Below are positions 1 to 7,831 of a stretch of 15,175 nt of DNA, in pieces (position 1 is the first letter of the stretch; every line of letters begins with the position of its first letter). The stretch is from Kofleriaceae bacterium (GTDB lineage: Bacteria; Myxococcota_A; Polyangia; Haliangiales; Haliangiaceae). The translations under genes were made by a program, and so were the position numbers. The notes beneath the pieces were generated by a model. The model did no database searches. It was not told where the DNA came from and saw only the letters and a program-made list of their open reading frames with translations. The stretch covers positions 1-15,175 of the forward strand of contig JBKJLC010000208.1 of the NCBI GenBank assembly GCA_046597055.1. Direction: 5' to 3'.

Positions 1-107
1 CGCGCGGCTGGGCCCGATGTGAGGCCCGGGCGCGACCGCCAGCAAGACGAGCGTCGGGACTCCGGCCGGCGACCGGGTCAGCACGTGGCAGCGGGCAGGC
101 GGCAGGC

Positions 108-223
108 CTCATGATCCTGCCCATCGGCACCGCTGAAAGTGCAGCGCCACGCGGCCGGCGTTTCGCGAGCCCGGCTTGCCTTCCGAGGTCCCGAGACCGA
201 GTGCGGAGTGCCGAGCGCCGAGC
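108..223. repeat. Left arm of long inverted repeat (pairs with 1718-1836)
   Basis: 108-223 (CTCATGATCCTGCCCATCGGCACCGCTGAAAGTGCAGCGCCAC...CCGAGC) aligns by hand to the reverse complement of 1718-1836 with ~11 substitutions and 3 gap positions (~105/119). The shadow ORFs 78..314(-) and 1522..1827(+) share the peptide SGPRK.SRARET.A.WRCTFSG.DG for this reason. Confidence 0.93.
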
Positions 224-275
224 TGGGTCTGAACCAGGACATAGGTAACACTTCACAGAGGGGACATGGGTGACA
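224..275. repeat. IS end downstream of the transposase, with two 12-bp boxes
   Basis: ACATAGGTAACA (239-250) and ACATGGGTGACA (264-275), 25 nt apart, are inverted relative to the TGTCACCCATGT boxes at the other end. Confidence 0.85.
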
Positions 276-306
276 TTTCGGGGTCTGGTTTTCGGAGCGG
301 TCGTGA

Positions 307-1554
307 CTACGCACGGCGCGCGGCGGCCTTCAATTGCCGCCCGCGCCGAGGTGGATGAACCTTGACCAGTGGTCGCAGGCGCTGGGCCCATTCGAAGCGG
401 AGCTCGCGGCTGGCGGACGTCGTGACCACCCTTAGCCAGCCGATGAGGAGGTGACCAAACCAGACGCGGTACGTCGCCATGTCCAGCGGCTCGAGTGCGA
501 CCGTCTGGAAGGCCAGCGCACCGCTGATGAACGTGGACTCGCCACGAAAGAACACCTGACCGCGATTGCCGAGACGCCGTTCCGCGGCATTGCGAGGTTT
601 CGGCGGCTTGTAGTGCGGGCTCCAGCGTCGCGCGCTGCGCTTGTAGAACGCGGCGGGCGGACGTTGGCCGAGGGCCTCGTGGGGGCGGTGGTGGTTGAAC
701 TCGTGCCGCCAGCGGTCGAGGACCGCTTGCTGCGCGCGGATGTTGAGCATGCGTGAGGTCTCCACCTCGTTCGCGATGTCGGCATGCATGCGTTCGTGGC
801 CGCCGTTGTCCTGCGGCTTTGCCGGCCGCGTGTGGTGGACCTGGATGCCCAGCGACCACCACCAAGCCGACAACGCCGTGAGCCCAAGCGGGTTCTGCGT
901 GGTGCCGAACGGCGGCCCGTTGTCGACGAGGATTGCCTTCGGTGACCCATGTGCCTTGAACAGGCGGATGAACCTTGCCCGCACCGATTCGGTGCGCGTG
1001 TCGGGCAACGCGCGCAACTCCAGCACGAAGCGACTGAAGGCGTCGCGGACGCTGAGTGGCTCGCAGCGCGCCTGGTCGCCGGTCCGCCACCAGCCCTTGA
1101 AGTCGACCGTCCATAGGTCGTTGGCGGCGCGGACGTGGACAGGCAGACGGCCGCCGTCCGGCTCCGCGAATGCTCGCCGCGTCCGCTTCACCGCATGACT
1201 GAGGCCCGTCCGCGTCAGCACGCGCGCGATGGTGTTGAGGGACGGCGCCTTCCCATGAATCGCTTCCAACAAGGGCTTCAACTTCTTCGGGCCCCACGTC
1301 GGATGCGCCACTCGGAGCCGGACAATCTCCTCGACCACCGTCCCCGCGGTGGCATGCGGTGAGTCGCGCGGGCGACGCGACTCGTCCTCCAGGCCCGCTA
1401 CTCCCAGCTTCTTGAAGCGGCCTATCCATTTGTAGCCGGTCTTCCGGCTCACCGCGTACTCGCGGCATAGGTCTGCGATGTTCGCGTTGGGCTCGAGCGC
1501 CCTGAGTACGAACTCTTCCCGATGCTTCATGGTGCAACACGTTTTCCAAGTCAT
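307..1554 (-). CDS. IS481-family DDE transposase (HTH + rve integrase core), 415 aa
   Basis: N-terminal HTH (IADLCREYAVSRKTGYKWIGRF...GLEDESRRP), HPTWGPKKL, catalytic motifs LWTVDFKG, ILVDNGPPF and PQDNGGHERMH, and C-terminal FNHHRPHEALG. GAGG lies just upstream of the ATG. Reading frame is intact. Confidence 0.96.
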   Translation of the reverse strand: MTWKTCCTMKHREEFVLRALEPNANIADLCREYAVSRKTGYKWIGRFKKLGVAGLEDESRRPRDSPHATAGTVVEEIVRLRVAHPTWGPKKLKPLLEAIHGKAPSLNTIARVLTRTGLSHAVKRTRRAFAEPDGGRLPVHVRAANDLWTVDFKGWWRTGDQARCEPLSVRDAFSRFVLELRALPDTRTESVRARFIRLFKAHGSPKAILVDNGPPFGTTQNPLGLTALSAWWWSLGIQVHHTRPAKPQDNGGHERMHADIANEVETSRMLNIRAQQAVLDRWRHEFNHHRPHEALGQRPPAAFYKRSARRWSPHYKPPKPRNAAERRLGNRGQVFFRGESTFISGALAFQTVALEPLDMATYRVWFGHLLIGWLRVVTTSASRELRFEWAQRLRPLVKVHPPRRGRQLKAAARRA

Positions 1555-1579
1555 CCGCCTCGCGGCGGCGCCCCGGGAG

Positions 1580-1634
1580 TGTCACCCATGTCCTGGTATG
1601 TTTGGTGTCACCCATGTGTTGGGTTCGGACCCCA
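1580..1634. repeat. IS end upstream of the transposase, with two identical 12-bp boxes
   Basis: TGTCACCCATGT at 1580-1591 and 1606-1617 (26-nt period), followed by GTTGGGTTCGGACCCCA. Confidence 0.85.
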
Positions 1635-1717
1635 CCGAGGAGACGCGGTGGACACCCACGTCGCACCCCCGGGCTCGTCCGCGGCGACGCGGCGGCGAGA
1701 CGCGCTGCGCGCCGCCA

Positions 1718-1836
1718 CCTCGGTGGTCGGCGACTCCGCCCTCGGTCGCTCGGGACCTCGGAAGCCAAGCCGGGCTCGCGAGACAGCGGCCGGGTGGCGC
1801 TGCACTTTCAGCGGTCCCGATGGGTAGGATCATGAG
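1718..1836. repeat. Right arm of long inverted repeat (pairs with 108-223)
   Basis: The reverse complement reads CTCATGATCCTACCCATCGGGACCGCTGAAAGTGCAGCGCCACCCGGCC...CCGAGG, matching 108-223. Confidence 0.93.
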
Positions 1837-1943
1837 AGCCCTCGCTCGCCGGCGGAGGGGCCCGCGCCGGCGCCGATCGCGCCCCCGAAACGCCCGACGC
1901 GCGGTCGATGAGGACCGCGCGTCGAGGGCCGGACGTCCCGGGC

Positions 1944-3146
1944 TCAGTTGCAGAGCGCGTGGGTCGCGTGCGAGCTGGGCACGTCGGCGATCCAGGTACA
2001 GATGTCGTTCCACATCGAGGTGCGGAAGCGCGCGCCGGCGTTCAGGCCGTTGGCCGGACCGTAGTGGACGGCGAGGACCGCAGGCGCGCCGTTCAGGTAC
2101 GTGTACAGCGCGCTGCCGCTGTGACCGTCGGAGGTGTCGATGTCGTACTCGAGCCGGCCGTCGCTGGTGAAGGCCGCCGAACCCAGCGAGCCGGTGTCGC
2201 CGTACATCCAGCCGTCGCAGCGGTCGTCGCTGCGCGGCGACGCCTTGCACTGCTGGTTCGAGACGAGCCCGCAGTTCATGTTCGGGCCGCACGGATAGCC
2301 GCGGTTGTAGGCGAACTTGCCGCTGTACGACGCGGCGCTGTCCCACCACGCGATGCCCATCCAGCCCAGCGCGGCGTTGTCGGCCCGGTTCTCGAGGTAG
2401 AGCAGCGCGTAGTCGAACCGGCGCGCGACCCGCCAGTCGCGCAGCATCACGCCGCTCCACTTGCGCGAGGCCCCCCCGTTGGTGATCGCCAGGTTGGTCT
2501 GGCCCGGGTTGAAGAAGCCGCTGGTGGCGATGGTGCCGTCCGAGCCCATCACGCAGTGCGCGGCCGTGAGCACGTGGCGGGGGCCGACCATCGTGCCGGT
2601 GCAGCCACCCGACTGGGTGTTGCCGCTGCCGCTGAGCGAGCCGATCGTGCGCAGCGGGTAGGCCTCCAGCTCCGAGACCGTGCTGAACCGCACCCGGCGA
2701 TCGCTCGCCAGGGTGCCGCCGATGATCACGTTTGACCCGAGGGTGTCGAGCCGGTCGGTGCCGTCCGGATCGAACGCGCCGTGGTCGGTCGCGGTCGGGG
2801 TCGCCATCGGGCGCGCCTCGGCGAAGCGACCGTACGCGGTGCCGTCGCCGGCCACGAACAGCGCCGCGTAGCGGCGACCGTCGCGCGCATGCCAGGCCGG
2901 GTCGGCCGCGGCGCGGCTCGCGAGGGCCTCGCCCTCGAGGGTGCGATCGGCGGCCGCGGCGTCATCGGCGGCCACCTGTGCGCGGGCGGCGCGGGCCGGG
3001 GCGCGCTCCCAGCCCAGCTCGAGCAGGCCGGCGCCGTCGGTGAAAGGCTCGGCGGGCTCGCTGGTCGGCGCCTCCGTGCATGCGGCGAGCGCAGCAAACA
3101 GGGTGGCGGGCAGCACAGCAGAGCGCAGCGAGATCGAGAGCTTCAT
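1944..3146 (-). CDS. Trypsin-like (S1B/V8 glutamyl-endopeptidase-type) serine protease, predicted lipoprotein, 400 aa
   Basis: Signal peptide with lipobox LAAC (Cys23); a low-complexity Ala-rich pro-region; catalytic-triad motifs GCTGTMVGPRHVLTAAHCV, FDYALL and DTSDGHSGSAL; AGGAGA RBS upstream of the ATG. Confidence 0.92.
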   Translation of the reverse strand: MKLSISLRSAVLPATLFAALAACTEAPTSEPAEPFTDGAGLLELGWERAPARAARAQVAADDAAAADRTLEGEALASRAAADPAWHARDGRRYAALFVAGDGTAYGRFAEARPMATPTATDHGAFDPDGTDRLDTLGSNVIIGGTLASDRRVRFSTVSELEAYPLRTIGSLSGSGNTQSGGCTGTMVGPRHVLTAAHCVMGSDGTIATSGFFNPGQTNLAITNGGASRKWSGVMLRDWRVARRFDYALLYLENRADNAALGWMGIAWWDSAASYSGKFAYNRGYPCGPNMNCGLVSNQQCKASPRSDDRCDGWMYGDTGSLGSAAFTSDGRLEYDIDTSDGHSGSALYTYLNGAPAVLAVHYGPANGLNAGARFRTSMWNDICTWIADVPSSHATHALCN

Positions 3147-3391
3147 GGCGACGTTTCTCCTGCCACGGGTGCGGCCGTCGTGGCCGCGGCATCCATGGCG
3201 TCTTCGGGGAGGAAAGACGCGCGCCAGCCGGGTTGTGACGGCCGCCCGTCGATTTATTTTCGTCGCGCGGGGGCGGCCGACAACTGCCTGGGCAGTCAGG
3301 CTTGAAGCCCAGGCAACGCCGGGATGCGCGCCCGAGCCTGCGGACTTGCGTGCGCTCGCGCCTGGTCCGGGAGTTGCGTAGAGCGCGCGCC
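3147..3391. promoter_or_regulatory. Divergent intergenic/promoter region between the protease and the large-gene operon
   Basis: Head-to-head gene arrangement. The only AT-rich patch nearby is GATTTATTTTCG (~3251-3262), next to a small dyad GACGG-ccgc-CCGTC. No specific promoter consensus was identified. Confidence 0.4.
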
Positions 3392-6300
3392 ATGACGAAT
3401 CGAAGGTGGACGAGAGCGGCCGGTGGCGCCGTCGGTTGGCTCGGCGTCGATCGAGTGGCAGGCGCGCTCGCGCGGGTGCCTCGACGGGCGATGCCCTGGT
3501 TGCTGGCGCTGCTGGTCGCCTCGTGTGCGGCCCCGTCGAACGACGACGTGGTCGCCACCAGCGCGCAGGCGGTGATGTTCGAGCAGCCCACGCAGTGCAG
3601 CGCCGCGACCCTGAGCGGCACCTGCCGCGGGCCGTGGGCGTATCAGCTGTACACGACGCCGTGCTGGGCCTACGCGAAGAACGCCGCGTGTGGCCAGCGC
3701 TGGAGCAATGGGTGCCAGCGCGACGCCAGCTGCTTGCACACCGAGACCGGTCTCAGCGCGCAGCGTGAGCGCGCGGTCACCATGACGTGCCGCCAGACCT
3801 CGAGTGGCACCACCTGCAGCCGATCGCTCGCGCTGCGCTGCCTGGACGTCGGCAACGGCTTCCTGGCCAGCGCCCTGACCACCAACCCACCGGTCACCGC
3901 CACCATGACGCGCGCGCTGGTGGGCAGCGTGACCCGGAGCACGGAGGACATCTCGTTCGGGGTCTTCCTGCACGAGTACACGCAGACGTGCCGGGCCACG
4001 CTGACCAACGCCGGCGTCGGCCCGCATCCCGTCTGCGGCCAGGAGACGTACCGCTGCCGCGTCAACAACACCTGCCGGACCGAGGCGAACGGCGAGGCGC
4101 CGCTTGGCGAGTGCGGGACCGACCCGACCTGGCACAGCCGCGATCCCGGTCGCAGCTACCCTCAGCTGCAGGCCGAGCTGCCCTACCTGGACCCGACCCG
4201 CGCGGACTGCTCGACGCTCGAGCCCCAGCCGGTCGACGCGACCCGCCTGGCCACCACGATGGCCCGCTTGAACCCGCAGGATCCGTTCTGGACGACCCTG
4301 CCAGCGCCGCCCGCGCAGGAGGCCGAGGCCCGGCAGCACCTGGCGCGGAACGCCAAGCTCATGTTCGAGCTCGGCCACGCCACGACCGGTATCAGCAGCG
4401 ACGCCGTGCGCGCGCTCTACGCGACCCCGGCTGACCAGCACACCTGCGGGGTCTCGGCGGTGGTGCCGGTGACCGACAGCTGCCGCGCGTGGGGCGCCAG
4501 CGCCGGCCTCGCCGGACCGATCGGCCTCTGCCAGCGCATGCTGTCCGATCACGTCGCGCCGGCGCGGTTCGACAGCGAGCTCGATCGCTGCCTGGATCTG
4601 CTCGCGGTTCCCGCGCTGGCCGGGTCCGACCCGTGCGCCGTCGAGCACCGCGACGTGGTCGAGGCGCTGGCCGAGCGACTGCTCGCCAAGGCCGACCCGT
4701 TCACGAAGCCGCCGGGGACCACGGCGGTCCTGGGCCTGACCGCGGCGCTGCGCCACATCGACCGCTGGTATGCCGGCGCGGCGGCGGCGCACGTTCGCGA
4801 CCCGGCCGTGCTCGCCGATGCGACCGGCCGGGTGTTGTCGCAGTTCTGGACGCGCGTCTACCAGGCCGGCGCGGCCGCGCCGGTGGCCTTCCCCAGCGCC
4901 GCCGACGGCAGCGAGGCGACCCGTGCGCAGCTGGCGCAGCTGTTCGCGCTTCGCCTCGAGGTCGAGCGCCAGGTCCTGAACGCGGCCTTCGCGGACCCCG
5001 CGCCGCTCGACGAAGCGCCGCTGCTCCTCGTCACCGCCGACGCGCTCACCAGCCTGAACGAGCACCTGCGCACCGCCGCGCCGCTGTACGACTTCGCCTG
5101 CCGCGTCCGCGGCCGCTGCGACGTCGGCGAGGCCAACGAGGCCACGCGGCTCATCCGCCTGATCGGCGCGCTGGGCAACGACGCGACCCTCGCCGCCGCG
5201 CTCGCCGGCGCCGAGACCGTGCGGGCCGACTGGCGCAGCACGTTCACCGCCCTGCGCGCCCGGCGCGGCGCGCTCGAGACCGCCTACCGCAAGGCCAGCG
5301 ACCGCCCGGCCGCGACGCTCGACGAGCTGCACAGCGCGAGCGTGGTCCCCGCCGCGGCCGGCCTGGCCGAGCTGGTCGTGGCCGGCTCGACCATGTGGCA
5401 GAGCTACGCGAAGACCGGCGAGCTGTTGCCGCGCGACGGCAACCTGATCCGCGCCAGCCTGTCCGATGCCAAGCGCGCCGCCACCGCGACCCAGTTCCGG
5501 CAGCGCGGCGAGGGCCTGCACCAGGCCCGCCAGGAGTACCAGCTCACGCGCGGCACCTTCGCCAACACGGTGCTGGAGCTGCTCGCCGCCGCGCAGTACC
5601 AGGGCCGCCTCGATGCCGAGACGCGCGCCCTGCGTCGGGACTACGACAACGTGGTCAGTGACCTCGAAGGCCTCATGGCGTCCCAGGGCCACGCCGACCG
5701 CACGCTCGGCTCGTTCATGGCGCGGTATCTCGAGCGCGCCAGTGCGCCCGGCTGGCTGCCCAGCTATCCGATCGCAGGCGAGTCGCACCTCATGCAGGTC
5801 GGCGCGATCGCGGCGCGGTCGGCCGGCGCGATCGCCACCGTGGCGGCCGTGCCCGCCGTGGCGGTGCTGGCGCCCGACGGGGCCGCGCCGTGGCAACTGG
5901 CGATGGGCAAGGGCGACCTGCTGAGCTTCAACGTCAGCGGCTCGTGGGCACCCTCGTGCGCGCTGCGCAGCACGACCCTGGCCGGCCCCACCGGCACCAC
6001 CACCGGCTTTGTCGATCCCACCGGCGCGCTCACCGGACCCGAGGGCTACACGGTGTCCTGGGAGAACGGCCGCTTCCGCGCCTCGGAGCACTCGAGCAGC
6101 GACTTCGCGTCGCAGAGTGACAGCACCAGCGTCTGCGGCAGCGTGAGCGCGGACCTGCTCACGGTGCTGAACGGCGCGGTGCCGGTGGGCTCGCTGTCCG
6201 TGACCGCGTCGAAGTGTCGCCAGTGGCAGACCGGCCACACCGAGAACGACAGCACCAGCAACGGCGCCCGGTTCGCGTACGGTGCCAACTTCGCCGGCGG

Positions 6301-7831
6301 TCTGCGCATCCCCGGCACGCCGTTTCCGCAGCTGCCCGGGGCCAGCCTCCTGCTGGTCCAGGTCATCGAGCGTGCCGATGGCCCTCACATCCGCGACGTG
6401 CAGGTGGTCGGTCGCGACGCCACCTTCCTGTTTCCCGAGGCGGTCACCGTCTACCTGGTCGTCAACGACCGCGCCGGGTGCACGCCCCTCGACGGCAGCC
6501 AGCTCACCGTCAACTACGTCAAGGGTCAGTCGGTCGCTGCCGCCTCGCTCACCTTGGCCACCGCGATGGCCGACGTGCTCGCCCGGCTGACCGTCGAGGC
6601 GTCGCTGTACGTGGCGCAGGGCTCGGTGACCGGTGCCGAGCTGGCCGCGCTCCAGGTGGCGGCCTACGACCAGCTCCGCGTCGGTTGTCCCGACTGCAAC
6701 CTGGCCGCGAACGAGGAGGTGCGCGCCATGTTCGACGCCTGGCTGTCTGCCCAGCTGGCCTCGATCGAGCGCAAGACCCGCATCGCCAGCGCCCAGCGCG
6801 AACTCGACCGCCTGGTCCTGCGCCTCGCCGCGCTGGCCTCCGACGCCGCCGGCAGCGCCGACTCGCAGCGGCTGCTCACGCTGCTCACCACCTGGCAGCT
6901 CCAGCACCTGGGCTACCACCAGCTCCACGAGCAAGCCGCGCTGGTGCTCGACTACGGCAACAGCTACGTGCTGCCGATGCTGACGCTGCGCTACCCGCAG
7001 GCGCTCGCCATGCTGCGCGGCTCGTCGACGGCCGCCATCAACGGGTTGCGCACGGCCGACTGGACCTTGCCGTACGACGAGCTGGCGGTGCGGCTCGAGG
7101 TCCTCGCCGGCGCGGTGGCGGTGCGCCTCGACGAGGCGGTCCTGGTCGGCGAGGACTCGATGGCGCCGATCATGGTTCGCTTTCCCAAGCCTGACCACGT
7201 GGCCGCGCCCGGCGACATCGACTTCAACGTCGCCGACCCGGCCCGGCTGGCCGACGTGTGGGAGTCGTGCGCGCCGGTGAAGCTCGTGCGCGACCGCGAC
7301 GGCGTCGAGATCCCCGGCAGCAACGACTACTGCCTCAAGCCGCAGCCGGTGTTCACCGTCTCGCCCGAGGACCTGTACGCGGACCACGAGGCCGGCCAGC
7401 TGTTCTGCAGCGAGGCCGCGCCGATCGTGCGCGCGATGGCGTTCTTCGCGGCCAACCAGGGCCACAGCGGCAACGACAACTGGAACCGGGTGCCGCGTCG
7501 TCGCTTCGTGAAGCCGTCGCAGGACGTGATGTTCACCACCGAGCAGGGCGTGTTCGGCTACCGCGTGGAACGGCCCACCGGCATCGGCGTGCGCGTGCTC
7601 GCCGGCCGCGCCGAGGACGTCTGGACCGCGTTCCAGGACCACGCGCTGGCCGACCGCGACGTCGACGGCAGGTCGCCGTTCGGGACCTTCTCGGTCGACC
7701 TCGGCAGCTACGCCACCGACCACCGCGGCCCGGTCGGCGACGCCGATGCCATCATCGTCGTCTTCGACGTCGAGACCCGGGCCGCGCTCGGCCCCCTCGC
7801 CGGCGTGCGCGCCTGTGTAGCCGCGCCATGA
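3392..7831 (+). CDS. Large Cys-rich putative lipoprotein with coiled coils; candidate divergent Tc toxin A-like (pore/translocation) subunit, ~1,450-1,480 aa
   Basis: Long ORF with strong GC3 codon bias. Hydrophobic stretch and lipobox WLLALLVAS-C (Cys codon 3524-3526). About 20 further Cys in the N-terminal ~370 aa of the mature protein, a helical Ala/Leu-rich middle, two heptad-like segments, and C-terminal GRSPFGTFSVDL...DAIIVVFDVET. The start is uncertain (ATG 3392, GTG 3455, GTG 3476 or ATG 3491); the TTG at 3302 is unlikely. The CDS is solid; the function is inferred. Confidence 0.8.
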   Translation: MTNRRWTRAAGGAVGWLGVDRVAGALARVPRRAMPWLLALLVASCAAPSNDDVVATSAQAVMFEQPTQCSAATLSGTCRGPWAYQLYTTPCWAYAKNAACGQRWSNGCQRDASCLHTETGLSAQRERAVTMTCRQTSSGTTCSRSLALRCLDVGNGFLASALTTNPPVTATMTRALVGSVTRSTEDISFGVFLHEYTQTCRATLTNAGVGPHPVCGQETYRCRVNNTCRTEANGEAPLGECGTDPTWHSRDPGRSYPQLQAELPYLDPTRADCSTLEPQPVDATRLATTMARLNPQDPFWTTLPAPPAQEAEARQHLARNAKLMFELGHATTGISSDAVRALYATPADQHTCGVSAVVPVTDSCRAWGASAGLAGPIGLCQRMLSDHVAPARFDSELDRCLDLLAVPALAGSDPCAVEHRDVVEALAERLLAKADPFTKPPGTTAVLGLTAALRHIDRWYAGAAAAHVRDPAVLADATGRVLSQFWTRVYQAGAAAPVAFPSAADGSEATRAQLAQLFALRLEVERQVLNAAFADPAPLDEAPLLLVTADALTSLNEHLRTAAPLYDFACRVRGRCDVGEANEATRLIRLIGALGNDATLAAALAGAETVRADWRSTFTALRARRGALETAYRKASDRPAATLDELHSASVVPAAAGLAELVVAGSTMWQSYAKTGELLPRDGNLIRASLSDAKRAATATQFRQRGEGLHQARQEYQLTRGTFANTVLELLAAAQYQGRLDAETRALRRDYDNVVSDLEGLMASQGHADRTLGSFMARYLERASAPGWLPSYPIAGESHLMQVGAIAARSAGAIATVAAVPAVAVLAPDGAAPWQLAMGKGDLLSFNVSGSWAPSCALRSTTLAGPTGTTTGFVDPTGALTGPEGYTVSWENGRFRASEHSSSDFASQSDSTSVCGSVSADLLTVLNGAVPVGSLSVTASKCRQWQTGHTENDSTSNGARFAYGANFAGGLRIPGTPFPQLPGASLLLVQVIERADGPHIRDVQVVGRDATFLFPEAVTVYLVVNDRAGCTPLDGSQLTVNYVKGQSVAAASLTLATAMADVLARLTVEASLYVAQGSVTGAELAALQVAAYDQLRVGCPDCNLAANEEVRAMFDAWLSAQLASIERKTRIASAQRELDRLVLRLAALASDAAGSADSQRLLTLLTTWQLQHLGYHQLHEQAALVLDYGNSYVLPMLTLRYPQALAMLRGSSTAAINGLRTADWTLPYDELAVRLEVLAGAVAVRLDEAVLVGEDSMAPIMVRFPKPDHVAAPGDIDFNVADPARLADVWESCAPVKLVRDRDGVEIPGSNDYCLKPQPVFTVSPEDLYADHEAGQLFCSEAAPIVRAMAFFAANQGHSGNDNWNRVPRRRFVKPSQDVMFTTEQGVFGYRVERPTGIGVRVLAGRAEDVWTAFQDHALADRDVDGRSPFGTFSVDLGSYATDHRGPVGDADAIIVVFDVETRAALGPLAGVRACVAAP

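Larger units (their letters stand above)
224..1634 (-). mobile_element. IS481-family insertion sequence
   Basis: Single DDE transposase bounded by imperfect terminal inverted repeats: TGGGTCTGAACCAGGACATAGGTAACAC from 224 vs the reverse complement of the right end, TGGGGTCCGAACCCAACACATGGGTGACAC from 1634. Termini are 5'-TG...CA-3'. Candidate 6-bp target duplication CCGAGC (218-223) / CCGAGG (1635-1640). Ends are uncertain by 1-2 nt. Confidence 0.88.

Noticed and set aside
78..314. Small ORFs 78..314(-) and 1522..1827(+) with similar peptides
   Set aside because: The similarity is fully explained by the DNA inverted repeat and the IS ends; there is no independent coding evidence.
3289..3306. 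Possible sigma-54 promoter TGGGCAGTCAGGCTTGAA
   Set aside because: The GG-N10-GC spacing and the -12 GC are not satisfied.
3302..3391. TTG start at 3302 for the large lipoprotein
   Set aside because: It would put the lipobox 75 residues from the N-terminus behind an Arg-rich non-signal sequence. A downstream start is more plausible.
3296..7723. 1,475-aa antisense ORF opposite the large lipoprotein gene
   Set aside because: It is an in-register antisense shadow of a high-GC3 gene, with Arg/Gly/Ala/His-rich translation and no motifs. The same applies to 8038..9927(-), 10333..12150(-), 12688..13455(-) and 13504..14781(+).
7258..7827. N-terminal 190-aa extension of the RHS ORF given in the ORF track
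   Set aside because: It overlaps the upstream CDS in another frame and translates as Arg-rich junk. ATG 7828 gives an ATGA coupling and a clean signal peptide.
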